A stretch of 64,000 nt of DNA from Botryllus schlosseri. Lineage: Eukaryota. The notes under the pieces were generated by a model, which had not been told where the DNA came from, searched no databases, and was given only the letters and a program-made list of their open reading frames with translations. Position numbers and translations under genes: made by a program. Position 1 is the stretch's first letter, and each line of letters begins with the position of its first letter. Shown here one piece after another: positions 36,098 to 49,300 of the stretch. The stretch covers positions 4,466,001 through 4,530,000 of the forward strand of contig CM119373.1 in the NCBI GenBank assembly GCA_051294905.1. Reading direction: 5' to 3'.

Positions 36098-39000
36098 GTT
36101 GCTACAGAGCACTGGTACTCAAACGTTTCGCAAAAGTTCACGAAACGGTCCCCAGGCAATTTTCGAAATGACTCACAACCTTTAAGAAATTAACACAAAA
36201 CAGCACGCTTGGTTTCTTGATATTCATGAGCAGATTTTCCCCATTTTTTGAGACCAGCTTGGTTATGTGTGGTGGCGTTTTCGAGAACGCAACTCTAATG
36301 TCGTGATTCACATTCAACCCTAAATCGTTGGCCTTTGCTCTCATAGGGGTCCATAAACAAATCTATGGGGCACGAATCCTTCATACCCCTCATATTCCCA
36401 AACGGGTAATTTCAACAATGCCCTTTATACAACCCATTCACAAAGCGTATTACGCGACTCACCAAAGAGCTGAAATATCTACAGGCAATCGGAAGATTTG
36501 GTAATTTGTTTCCTTAGGCTTAGTAAGCACCAACCAGTATGCAGTCATTATCTTGTCGCATGAAACTCGAAATCAGGACAGGGAAAAAGTTAAGTAGTCA
36601 ATTTTGTTGATATTAATAATTACTTTGCTGAATGATATTGTTATTTCCTGAGTTTAGGTTATTGATTGTCGCTATTCGACAGATACTGGAATCGCTAACA
36701 CGTACAAGAGCAAACTAAAGAAAATGTAATTACAACACGGGAGCATTGTTTGCCCCCGCGAAGCGCGTTTGTACTTCACGGGGATTAGATTAGGACTATT
36801 CGGTGCAGGACATTTGTTCACGAACATTTAAGTATCAAAGGTTCTGCTGGCCAACAGGCCATTATAATTGTGGTTCCACGGCTTTATTATCAGCGGACCG
36901 TTTGGCAACGCTTTTCTCGTGTAGTCCGATGTTAGAGAAACGTTTACATATGTCTTGGTGTGTCCTCGTGCTGCAAAAACGGGGAAGAATTCTGCACCAA
37001 AATACTCTACCCTATGTTGATTAAGGACAGAATGTTGAGCAACTATGGAGTTTGGTTTAAAATAAGATGCCTGAGCTAGAAATTTAGAGAATTCATCAAC
37101 AAGTTCATTTGGTGTAATGTAGTTGCTCTCAAACTCAAAACCCAACCTACATCTAAGTTTTATTAGCATATCATGACCCAAGCCTCACACAACGAACGAA
37201 TGCATATCTAATTTTAGTATACTACGTTCAAACAGACAACAAGTTGCATGCTACGAAATTATATGAAGAAATATTCATCACGAAAAAGGTCATCGATATA
37301 TACTATGTTTTGTGTAGTTCTGTTTTCCATTACGAGCATCGATGGTTTCCATCTGTTTTCTAATCACAATTCCCTTACGGTAAATTTTCAATCTCACGTA
37401 GACCTACTCCTGAATCACCGAACTTTACGATTGATTTTATATAAACAAGCATTGGATGTCCGCCATTATCGAGCGAACAGGACTTATAATAGTTTTTGTT
37501 GTGCGACCAAATTTTACCCGCTGTGGCAGTAACTGAGGACGTATAAAGGTCTCTGAAAACGACTGTTGAATCTCTTTAAATGTAAAATATTACGCAGTCG
37601 GTCACAGGCGCATCAATTTGTCGCTGAAGAGTGAAGACGCATGAAGGATTTTTGCTATCGATACCAGTAACACTGCTTTGCTCAGCTTGCTGTAAATGGG
37701 AACATATCGGTCATTATATGAAAATGATTGACCTATCAGTTGCTACTACCCGTTGTATGTATGTAGGCCTATATGGGGGATTACGATTACGGTGGCCTTG
37801 AGCACCACCCCTGTAAGTATATACACCAGATTAGCCTACTCCATTATAGTTGCCTTTCGGGGATAAATATATATTTTGAATCACTGATGTAATGGTATAG
37901 TAGTTGCTGAATAGCGCTACAATATCTATGGGTACCATACTTCAAATGACTGCGTTGAGAGTTATAGCGAGTACAAAGAAGCTACATCGCGTTTATGTTA
38001 TGACACACGTTGCACAAATCTCTGTTGCATTGTATGTTGAAAACACTTGATAGTGACACCGGTATAAAAACATCCCAGCCCACTTCTTTGATCACAAACA
38101 ATTTAGCTGACTGGGTCACACTCTGATAGTATTGTGTATTTGCGTCACTGACAAAACTGATGACGTCTGACGCATCAACTTTTATTTCTGAAATACGTCT
38201 GAAACACTCCGGGCAAGTTTTAATAGATGTTTGTTAACTCAATGCTTATATGGCTGTTGATGTGCATGCACGCATGATGCGTTATTGTATCAAAATGTTG
38301 ATTGATAATCTGGTATCTCGTTAACGTCAAAAGTCGAGATATCATGTTTCCATATACTGACGATGACTAACGAGATTTAGAACGAATTTGAATAGGCTAT
38401 ACATCATGCATCAAGTAGGCCTTCAGCAGGAAGAATTTATACAAATGATGGGCTTGTTTTCAAGTAGCAGATATAGTGATTCGGAGACATAGGTACACAC
38501 TACACAGTCACTAACGTCCGATGATGGAAGTAACAATGGAAAAACTCTGTCAATTTGCCGCTTTAATATTGTTTCTATCAGGTACATATTTTGTATAGAT
38601 AAATGTATCTTTACGTGATTCATAAATACAGTGAGAGGATTCGCGGTATTTTAAGTATTGAGTATAATCGGCGTTGTTACCATACACTTGCCAGACCTCG
38701 GTTTCGCTATAACTGCAATGATTAGTGTGTAGATAAAGCCAGCAGAGCTGCAAGTGAACTTTGATTCGATTTATATGAAGGCAACGATACTGAGTCAAAT
38801 CGATTCAGAAGTCAGCGCAATGTTTACCATCGACTTGTGTCCAAGCTAAAAGCAGTGGAAATGTCTGTTCCGCTCGATATAGAGAGGTGGTACAGTGGTT
38901 CTTGAGCTCAGCAGAAATGCTCGAAAGGGTTATATGCGCATTCAAAAATTTTCGGAAGCACTGTTCTAAGCGGATATGATATATTCTGAATATGTCTAGC

Positions 39001-39128
39001 ATACCCGATCAACTTTCAGTTAAATGAAGCACTGCTTAGGCCACTCGTAGGGTGATTGGTGCCCAGTAAATCCTTACTTATATGTTGTGTTCTTTGACTT
39101 GTTGCTCATGTCCTCCGCATTCTCGCAG

Positions 39129-41925
39129 GTTGCATCGCTTTATCAGAGGATTGCAGAGAAATCAGTATTGTGAGTATTCTAATGTCAGATCCTTAAATCA
39201 TGATTCAAATTTATTATATTACTGAACTCCATTTTACGATGCTTGCTGTACACTTATAATCATCAACAATAACATATTTTCTTTTCGCTAGGATCTTACG
39301 GGTGAGAAATGTTTTACTTGAAAACTTTCATTGCACTGTAAGTACATTTGCAAAATCGACCTGGAACTCTACCAATGCCTTTCGCAGCCGCGTTTAAAAT
39401 GATGCACAGGAGGTATATGCCCAGCATAGGAACAACTAAACGATTTCAAATGACATGGCCAATGTCGAACATGATCGTAAGCCACATTTTACCGTTCGGT
39501 AGCAATGTTACATCTTCATCGTAGTTATCATTTGTAACGAGTCCGTTTCATCGACACAGAATTCCGAGAAATGCAAAAGTACACAGGGGCGATATTGCCC
39601 ACATTGGGAACCACCAGTATCGGTGAAACAGTGCAATGAAATAGCGCATGACTGAAAAATTTATTGTTAACAAATGCTAATACTACATAATCGACAATGT
39701 AGTGTAGCTAAAATTGTATGATTTGCGGTTGGACCAATATTAAATATTTGAACTGTCCAAGTCATTCATGCTGTTGTGACGTCATCACAATTGGTTCTTG
39801 AACACATAATTGGACCTGCACATATGATATATATGCTAGATAAGGAAGCTTCTAGCTGAGAAAAAGGCATTGATCTTGGGATAATTTGAGTATAATCAGG
39901 TCCGTACGCGGCCAAAGAGTCTGAAGTCGACAACGTGACCAAATTTAGTTTTATATGCGTAATGTACCGTAATAAATCACAGTAATATACCCTGTTCAGA
40001 TTTATTCCAGGTAAGTGCCGATACCCTGCGGGAAGTAACCGTTCTTTGTCACTTCGTATGTATAAATAACTAGCGATACCCAGAATAATATTTTGAAAAT
40101 ATGTAGAAGTATCCATCGCAAGCTGCATCAGCGCAAGTCTTATGACGTCACATAGATCATTCTTGTTGAAAGTCACTCTTTCGACAGAGGAAATATATAA
40201 TAATCAATAACTAAACGTCCCTTTAGACTGCTGAATGAGCTGTGAAGTTTATATAGTGCTAAAATGTCATACATGTGTCTATAGATATCAAAAACAAACG
40301 CATTGGGCAGAAAATAAAGTGTTTCAGCGAATGAGTTTATACTGTAAGATTATGATACTAATATAAACACAACTATCATCATTTGGACGTAAAGCACGAC
40401 AGTGAAGTATATCAATAAAATAAAATGCCTGGCTGCAACCGATCTGACTTGGCAATATGTGCGTTTGAAACATTTATAAACTGCAGATGAAAGCAGCCTT
40501 CGAAAACTTGGAGAATATTTGCAAATGCAAAACGGCACCATCGTCTCCATAGACACCACCGTTAATCACGTCACTGCCGTCACAACGACAGCACCGTCCG
40601 TCGATCACTCTTCGACAACGGAAGGCCACGATTTGACAACTCCAATTTTAAAGAATTCAGCAAGTGCGTCAATACTTTATAGTAGATATTACAATAATTC
40701 TGATACGAATGGCTAATTGATCGCACAATAATGGTCATACGTTCCGGCCTCGTGGTATCCGATTAGAGTGGATTCGGTGGTCGAGGATTTGAATCGCCCA
40801 TGACCGAGCATGGAGCTTATAGCTCATCGTTGACTTCTGTGTAATTGTTGATTCACAATCATTTGAGCTGACAATAACTCTTTTTCAACACTCTTACTTT
40901 GTTGAAAGCAGTTTTTTTTTGGTTTTTGGTTTATTTCTTTATCTTGTCAATTTTCTCCCTGATAAAGAGAACTATATATGAGCCGAGGCCATTTCACCGC
41001 AGCCACTCGGGCTATGCAAAAGGGTTCAACTCATAGTCCTCTATTTGAATGTTTGCGATGACATACTGCATAGAAGTAGAAGCTTGTTTCAATCGAGGCA
41101 TATATCTACATCTATCTGAAATCGCAATAGAAAAGTCTGATCTCCCAGTAAACATTGAGACTTGTAATAATAGCAATGAATACAATAATTTCGCATTCAA
41201 TCAAATTAGTGAATTTAGTAGGCTACGATTGGTTTGATCATAGCCGGCTGACACGTTGAATATGTTTTTTTTATTTTATTTTAGAATGCAACGCTACTGT
41301 CTTCAAGTTCCCGAACAAATTACATATAGACTACGTGCAGTTTAACGACAGTTTACCAGACATTTCGTCGCTCACTGTCTGCGTCTGGGTAAAGCCGGAG
41401 AGTCCAACAGAGTTCGTAAAAGGATCGATCATTAGTTATTGCACTGCAGACATGGAATATTGCAACACATTTCTCATGATTTTATACGAAAGCGAACTGA
41501 GGGTTTTCATCAACAGCGCCGAGCATTTGTTTAATTCCGTTCCGAAAATTACAAGTCGTTCGCATTTGTGTATTGTCTTGGAGATGAGCTCATTGACTTA
41601 TTACGTCAACGGATCCGATTACCTACCAAATACCGATGTAAGCAACGCGGCAAGCATATCGGGAGGTGGCGTACTTATCCTGGGCCAGGATCAAGATGGA
41701 AACATCGGTGACGGCTCCCCAGGGAATCCAAAGCAAGGCAAGCAAGGATTTTATGGTGAAATGCGAGGTCTACATCTGTGGAAAAGAGCTCTGAAGAAAG
41801 CAGAAATCGAATACTTAAATCAATCCCGATGCAATTGCGTGACGGATTCTTTAACAACGTTAAGTAAGACAAACGTGGCATTGCGAGGAAATGTCGAGGC
41901 TAGGTACAATGTTCCGTGTGAGTAA
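39129..41925 (+). CDS. Pentraxin-domain gene copy C (exons 39129-39169, 39292-39301, 40487-40663, 41285-41925; first exon uncertain)
   Basis: GT-AG junctions with the same phases and the same 41-nt and 10-nt exon sizes as copy B. Product ..CIALSEDCREISI-DLT-DESSLRKLGEYLQ...TTPILKNSA-KCNATVFKFPNK...SLTVCVWVKP...SHLCIV...LILGQDQD...FYGEMRGLHLW...YNVPCE*. Open throughout. Confidence 0.8.
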
Positions 41926-42324
41926 TATGTGTAATTGCAGATTATTATGAATATCATATTCGCTCTTCGATTGTCAATGATTCAAGACGGTAAAATGCAA
42001 ATATTACGTATATTTCACAGTACTTGCCTTCGTTGTATAATCGTGCAAAGTAGTTCAAACTATGAATTTACAAGGGTCTCGAAATACTAAGCGTATACCT
42101 TTTGCAGAATAAGTAGTCTATATCGTTGGGGGTACATCCCTACTAACCAAAAGTCCTTAATTTGATAAGGAATAAATGTGGTATTTTAACCAGCTGTAAC
42201 GGCTTCCTTCATTCGTATGTCACGCAATTGCGAATTCCAGATCTCTCTTTTACCGTTCTAGTTTTTATGACGACTTAATGTAATAGTGAGATTTATTTCT
42301 GCGTGAACGTTGGATAGCCTACAT

Positions 42325-44423
42325 CAGGGAAGTCAGACATGCGGCCGGCGGACCGCATCCGGCCCAACAGACGATTTCATCCGGTCCGCGAAGCAATTTC
42401 GAGAAAACGTACAAAATACCTGTATTTATCCAGCACATATCTAACAAATGCTTAGGTTTTGACGAAGAAATTCTCATATCAATTAATCGAGACAGAAATG
42501 TCGACTATGTTAATTGGTCACATTATAACCACCAGGTGGTATAGTTTCACTCTTTTCATCATTAGGAATCAAGTCGCTGGCATTTACACCCAATTCCTGA
42601 GAGGTGAAATGTGCACACTGAGGTCAGATGTGTTTATAAAAAATTGACTGAAAGTAGGGATGGTGTGAACGTGACGTTCACGTTCGCGTTCTGTGTATAA
42701 ACCTCCGATATTTAGAGATTCACGTTCACAAACGAACCTTTGTAGGTTATGCACTGTGAGCCTTTTTCATGTATTACAATGTTCACTTTAATATAGCATG
42801 TTTGGTTGAAATATATTGCATTTCAACTGCGGGCCACACCTATGCATGGCGCTGGCAGCATAAAAAAATCAACACTAAACGAGCATGCCAGTTGACAATA
42901 TCAAAAATCGGTTTGTTACTAAAGTTTGCTCGGAATATACAGCTTTTCCTTTGTAAATATTTAGTGATTCTCTGCTATGAGCTTGAGCCGCAATCACACA
43001 TCAAGGGCGATATACACCCCATGAAGGTGCGAAGTCAGCGAATGATGTCTCGCAGGCGTAGGCCTACTGGGTCAATCTTGATTTCTTATGTTTATTGTAT
43101 CATAGAAACCAAATCTGTGCGATTTGGGAGTTAGTTGGCTAGGGCTCTATGACTCGTTGATGGGGTAATATTGGTAGCAAGCATAGACACCCGTTTTACA
43201 CTCTGCTCAGTATCCACGTCGCAATATTCCGACGCCGAAATACATTGTCCGGTCTGGCCTGGACCGTTAAGGCGTAAGCTTATATTTCCTTCCTTGATTT
43301 AATGGGATTATTATATCATTTGATTGCCCCAGTTGATACATTTTGCGACGTTTCAAACGTCAATATGTACTTCAGCATCGTGGCATTATGTGGCCCAAGT
43401 CATCTCTAGGCAATTATGTGCATTTGTGTAAATAGGCTATCACTTCACTAAAATGTACATTAGAATTAGCAATATGACGTCACATGACGTCATGACGTTC
43501 ACGTTCGTGTTCATACAGAACCTGTCAAAAAGGTTCACGTTCACACAAGCCTGAAACTTTTAGAGGTGCACACCATCCCTACTAAAAAGTACTTCTTCAC
43601 AGAAACGAAAACACCATTGCGAAACCGTTATCCCAGTGGTCGGGAACCGTTTTTGTCTAAAGAGCCATATCGGCCCGATTCTTTTTATTTTAACTCCCAA
43701 ACAGCCATGCATACTGTTACGTCACAATTCAAATTCCGTGACGTCATCTCAGCACTAATTCGAACTCATTACATGGGATTCGTCGTGTGCACCACATTTT
43801 TCCCTGTAAAAACTCGTACTAATCATGCTGGTTGCCTTATTTAAGCTTGACCTTGAAAGTGGAGTTACGAGAACGTAGGTTCGTCGTTATGCTCCTTTAA
43901 AATGCGAAAACCATGATAACATGCGTAGGTGGAGTTAAACATGGTCACTGCAGTAGTATATATCCTTACCCACTCTATGCTGATGATTGATAATTCTGAT
44001 GATACAAATTCCAACGTCTGCGATTACGGTTGAATCTCTTGCATTCATCACAACGCATATCCTGGGCTAACGCCAGATTCCGACTATAAAAAGCGGGCAT
44101 AAAAATATACAAACTGAAATCGTCGCTAGAGCCACTGTTTTAGTGGTTTATAACTGTATTCAATCGGCAAATCATCCTAGTGTTGTCAATTCTATCGTGT
44201 GCGAATAGAATAGAAAGAATAAAAAGGTGTCGCTAGAATAGAGTTCCTTGATGATAATGTAATGCAATATAATGTCACGTGTATAGACTTGTTAATACGG
44301 AAGTCAAGTGAAAAGGGGCATGGATTTTGAGGTAGCATTTTAGAATCATTCGACTAGTCCGGCCCGCGAGCGATTTGAAGGTTTGAATCCGGCCCGCGAC
44401 ACAAGCTGTGTTTGACACCCCTG
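42325..44423. mobile_element. hAT-type element hosting nested GTGAAC-family MITE
   Basis: Ends CAGGGAAGTCAGAC / GTTTGACACCCCTG. TSD GCCTACAT / GCCTACCT. Confidence 0.75.
42655..43581 (+). mobile_element. hAT-type MITE, GTGAAC/GTTCAC family (copy 2)
   Basis: TIRs TAGGGATGGTGTG / CACACCATCCCTA. Colinear with 54358-55339. TSD degenerate. Confidence 0.85.
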
Positions 44424-44990
44424 GCCTACCTGTATTTGAACCGCGTTACATGGTAATAAATTACTTGTGTATGCTTTTTTTTGTAAAAATATATCTGCGA
44501 GTATCTTGCATTTGAATAGTTGTAGTTGAAGCTGTGACCGTCATCTTAATAAATCTGATCGATAAGAGTAACAGAGGACATCGACAAGAGGATAACTTTT
44601 GGACTGGATTAAAGGGAGAATGCGCTCCTAATATGATGTGGTGTCAAATCAAAAATGAAATCGGCAAACAAATTTGGCCGCATCCATTCTCTTCAGAAAT
44701 CAACCATAAAGGAACTGCAGCGTAACGGAAATTCAAACTACCCCCATTTCACGCTAGTTGAATAAATATTTTCATGGTTGCGCGGATGCGGGTCTCTGCT
44801 ACTCAATCTGTTGCGAAATTACTGGCATGATAATTTCATTTGCACTTACACGGCCGTGTTTTTCGACGCGATTTTCATATTATTGTCACGTTATTTCTTC
44901 AGGTATTATAATCAATTTAGCGCGAAGAGATATGCGATGAAGAACTAAGGGAGTAAGCATAATAGTGACCTACTAAGTATAACTCCTGAA

Positions 44991-47468
44991 CAATGTTCCC
45001 TCTAATTTTTCACGAGTCTGCGCAAATACGCCAACTCACTGCGCAGGCCCTTGGACAACAGTGCGCAACCAGCCCCCCCCCCATGGGGTGATAAATAGAA
45101 CTTCTGGGGGGCATCGCCCCCCCCCCCCCCCGATGACCCCTCAGGCTACGCGCTTTTCACCGCTACTAATCATCTATGTCTGATCCTCGTTTAGTGGGTG
45201 TTCCGACTAAACGCGCGAAGCGCGAAAATTTTCTTTAATTAACACTGGTCTACAAATTTCAACTTTTTTTTCAGGTTTGTGTTTTGACAACTGATTTTGG
45301 CTAATATTGGGGCGCTGATTCCGAAAATGGCATCAGATTTTCTCCATCACATCACGTTTTTGAGATATGAAATATCCCTAATTTGAAGAAAAAATCAAAG
45401 TTAACGATTTGAAGAGCCATGCGGATGAGTTTAGACAAAACCTTGGGAAAGTTAGTGAAGAACAGGGTGAACGTTTCAGCCAAGATATTCAAATTATGGA
45501 GGCACGTTATCAAGGTCGGTGGGATTAATGGATTCATTTATTTCCCACACCAGTAAAAATCCGGTACGAGCAAGGACAAGGACACAGTCGCCACCTGTAC
45601 CTGGATTTTCGTATGATAGCCGACTATTGGTGGAGTTGGAAAAGAGAAATTCCAGATGCTGTTCGTAAAAGAAAGTCCCTCAAAAGAGAATTTTTAAGCT
45701 TATAAGTGAGGACTTCATGTTTTATGAAAGCTCTTTTTTACTGTTTCTGAGCTGGGCCTGCCCAAGTATCTGTCTTCAGAATTTCTGCACTTCATTGGAA
45801 TGTCTATGTGCATGTGCATATTGTGTGAACTCTAGGCTGTAATTCAGATAATACCTTGATACTGTCCTATCCACATGTTCGTCAGCATAATGTAGCATTT
45901 AATTTTATTATTGTTGCTCTTTTGCACGCCTATTTTTAGTACAGGGGCATAAAACTTTAATAAAGACAACTCAAATTTGTATGAATGAAACATAGAATGC
46001 TTGTTTGCTAATTAAAGCTAGATTATTGCAGGTAAAACAGTGTTCATTGCATCAGAATTCCTTGTTTTAACAACAGAGGGGGGTCAAAAATTGAATTTTT
46101 CAAAAAATTGGGGGTATTTCATATCTCAAAAACGTGATGTGGTGGAGAAAATCTGAGGCCATTTTCGGATTCAGCGCCCCAAAATTAGCCAAAATCAATT
46201 GTCAAAACTCAAACCTAAAATTTTGTGTAGACCAGTGTAATGATCAAATCGGTCAATATCATCGGGAATTGCATATATTGCTATCAATTTTAATCCTGTC
46301 TCTGCTCACGTAATCACATTTACAGGTAAAGCTGATCGAAGGAGATGTGTTGGAAACGGTAGGACCCCTAAATATAATTAAACATCTTCGGGCGTACCCG
46401 TTGGTATAATGACTTCCTTACATCATGCTATTTCGTGACCTCCTATCTACTATGCCAAAAGATATAGAAATCTGGACATAAGTCACTTAGATTCCACTGC
46501 GACGATATGGTGACGTACTATGGATTACTAGAAGACAGACATACACGCACGAGAACGCACTTGCAATCAATACATGCGATCGATGTAGGCCTATCGTGTT
46601 AAAACACTGATGTGACGTCTTAATACCGGCAATGCACTCATTACTATCAAGACATACAGTCAGATATAACGATACGAATATTCAAGTCTGATTGAAGCAA
46701 GAACACGATCAGCGTATGGCCTTATCGACAGAAGATACCCGTTCAAACGAATCGAATAGAATCACAAATTTGTGCTGCTGAGAAGCTGATCTAATGCAAC
46801 GCCCTACAGTGCATAAATAGTTGCTGCATATCCCGATCAACGTTTGCAAAGGGATGGATTTTTTCAACAATATTGGTGCTGTACTTGCATATTCTGCATA
46901 TTATCCTATATCACCATACGTGATCAGATTCGCCTGATGGAAGCGATGACTTCGAAAATTCGCGGCATGTAATTGTATAGTAAATCTTACACAATTTTCA
47001 TGCCACGCGGAGAAGACTATTCGTTAGTTTCTCGCAGTTAACTTCGAGCTAGCCCATTGTTATTTATAACTTTGTTAAACCATGTTATTTCGCCATTCCC
47101 ACAAAGGATTGCGCTATTGATATGATATCAGTATCGCTGACGCGTACGATACCATAGTAAAAGAAAAATCTCTTTCGTGAGTCGCACACGATTGCAAATT
47201 CTCATTGCTTCACGGAGCGCAATATTTGCCTTTTCGGGCCGCACTTGTAGGTCTACCTCGATTTCAGACTTCAGCGATAGCACTATTTACCCCTGGCAAT
47301 GTTCCCTCTCATTTTTTTCGAGTCTGTGCGGTGCCTTGGACAAGAGTGCGCAACGATTTTAAAAAGTCATCCCTTCGGATTTTTTTGTGCGCAGCCTAGA
47401 TTTTCTGTGCGCAGAGACCGTTTCAGCACTGCGCATTTGCGCACGTGCGCAGCTTAGAGGGAACATTG
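44991..47468 (-). mobile_element. Composite hAT-type element of the CAATGTTCCCTCTAA family (copy 1)
   Basis: Outer TIRs CAATGTTCCCTCTAA / TTAGAGGGAACATTG. Perfect TSD CTCCTGAA. Extra internal end at ~47297. Internal sequence homologous (inverted) to 55626-61062. Confidence 0.88.
45243..46237 (+). mobile_element. Chapaev3-like (CMC) deletion derivative with transposase C-terminal remnant
   Basis: TAA|CACTGGTCTAC...GTAGACCAGTG|TAA with long imperfect TIRs. 45409-45705 reads HADEFRQNLGKVSEEQGERFSQDIQIMEARYQGRWD / MIADYWW, matching the NLG.VS.E.GERF.QDI..ME.RYQG...M.ADY motif of Chapaev3 transposases. It is interrupted by an ~80-bp insertion. Confidence 0.85.
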
Positions 47469-49129
47469 CTCCTGAATATTTTGCAACTAACTGATATTGA
47501 AAACACACTCTTGAGATATGATTACATTCACAAGAAGAGCAAGAGAGCTTTAGGATCGCAGGTAGTAGGCGAGACTAGTTCGCTACGACAGACACTAATA
47601 TCGACTCCAATCAATATTTACACACACACGTGTGTCCTATGCAGCATTTCGTTTTGCCGGTCTGTACAGTGACACGTGATGTGAGCGAACGAACGAACGA
47701 GTTTGAATGAATGTGAATGAATGTGAACGAATGTATCGTTACCATACGTCTTCTTGTAAGAGGATTTGTCCACTCGGAGGTCGCCCAAATGTCCTCTTTT
47801 TTGCAAATTTTGGTTAAATATTAGTTAGAACTAAACTGAGGTAAAGGAAATCAGTATTCAAGTTACGTTCCGGCGAATATTTCGGGATTTGACTTTTTTT
47901 TAGTCAACCGACCGTAAAGTCGGGAAAATTTATCATATCCAGTATTGGAAGTCTGTAAATTTTATAAAAGTGGCGACGGGTTCTCAACTTCTTTTTGGCC
48001 CATCAATTCATCAAGTCATAGCTTGAAAAAAATATTAAAACACATGTTTTAAAGATGTTTGTTTTAAATTGTTTTTTGTCCTAAATGCAACCCTACATAC
48101 ACACCAATCCGGAGGAGGCGATTTTCCGAACGATTAAATTGTATGTTGCAACGACTTCAGTTCAATCGTATCGCGAGCGCACAATGTAATATTATGTGTC
48201 CACAAATGAACCCTGGGTAATGGTGGTAAAAACTCATGTGTTGCGAGAAGATATGACGGTTTTAACAGATTTTCAAATATCATCTACATAAGAGTGACCG
48301 CATTGATTTCAAAGTCCCGTTATTCGCATTATTTCGGTGCTTATACAGTGACATTCATATGTAACATAAGGTATAGCAGAAGTTCATCTCACAAGTATGC
48401 AGCTTCATGGTCTGTTAACGTCTCACCTGATGGCGACCTACTCAATTTGATCATATCGGTATGTTTCTGTTTAAAGTAATAATCCGAATTGACTGCGAAT
48501 GAATTCGGTTTGTCTGTATATCATCTTGTCTGATTGACAATATATTTTCGTCCTTAAATTCCTACCGGCAATCTTGCTTGGTTAGCTGTTCATCGCAAAA
48601 TTAGAATCGGGAACGAAATGCTACACGTCTAGAATCCAGGCGGCATTGGGACTGGAATAGCATGGGCAAGTAGAAGGGTTGTTTTCCATTTCCAGAATTT
48701 GCAATGTAGATGAAATTCATATGTTCGTACTGATTTCCACGATAAAGTGTGTAGTGTGTACCGTCTGGTACGACAATATGTTACGTTTTCTTGTACCACC
48801 TCAAGAAAACGAACAAAGGTGGGAAACGCAGATTTAACTCAGTATAGGGTACCTCTGCTTTATGACCTCAATAGCGTAGAATTGTTAGGTTCATCTGCAC
48901 TTTATGCCAGCATGTTCTGGTAGTAGTGACCAGAAACACAACCAGAAAACGCCACTACTCAGATTTGCACCTCATATCATGCCTAAAACCTCGTACATCA
49001 CAGCCGCACGTAATAGTCGCAGAATAGCGGATAACCAGAGGTGGTCAGTAACGAAGTACTTCTACTTTTTGGAAGTGCTCAAGTAGTTTCCCTCTACTTC
49101 TGGTACTTACTCAAGCTGATCTGATCACA

Positions 49130-49300
49130 CGATCTTTCACAGCTCCGCTCCTTCAGCACCTGACGAAGGAGCGGATCTCCAAAAGCTCGTATGATAAATA
49201 AAAATATTACGTTGCAACTGGACGCTAAATAAGGTGTGAAAGCAACTAATATCTTAATATTTTCTCTGTCGTCTGCTATCGGCTCAACAAAATAAAAAAT
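49130..49300 (+). mobile_element. Short Penelope-like pseudo-LTR remnant with degenerate hammerhead motif
   Basis: Inverted half (GATCTTTCACAGCTCCGCTCCTTCA) abutting CTGACGAAGGAGCGGATCTCCAAAAGCTC. The tail ...CTGCTATCGGCTCAAC is shared with 63700-63718. Confidence 0.7.

Noticed and set aside
38155..38185. CTGATGA as a hammerhead core
   Set aside because: No stem II followed by GAAA. It is part of the duplicated upstream flank shared with ~50020.
40000..40010. Possible 11-nt micro-exon (cag|ATTTATTCCAG|gtaagt) in copy C
   Set aside because: The splice sites look good, but inclusion with the 41-nt and 10-nt exons shifts the frame to a stop in the linker exon, and no equivalent was seen in copy B. 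It could be a poison exon but is unsupported.
40744..40810. tRNA gene or tRNA-derived SINE head
   Set aside because: Only a weak B-box-like GGATTTGAATC. No cloverleaf, tail or TSD could be established.
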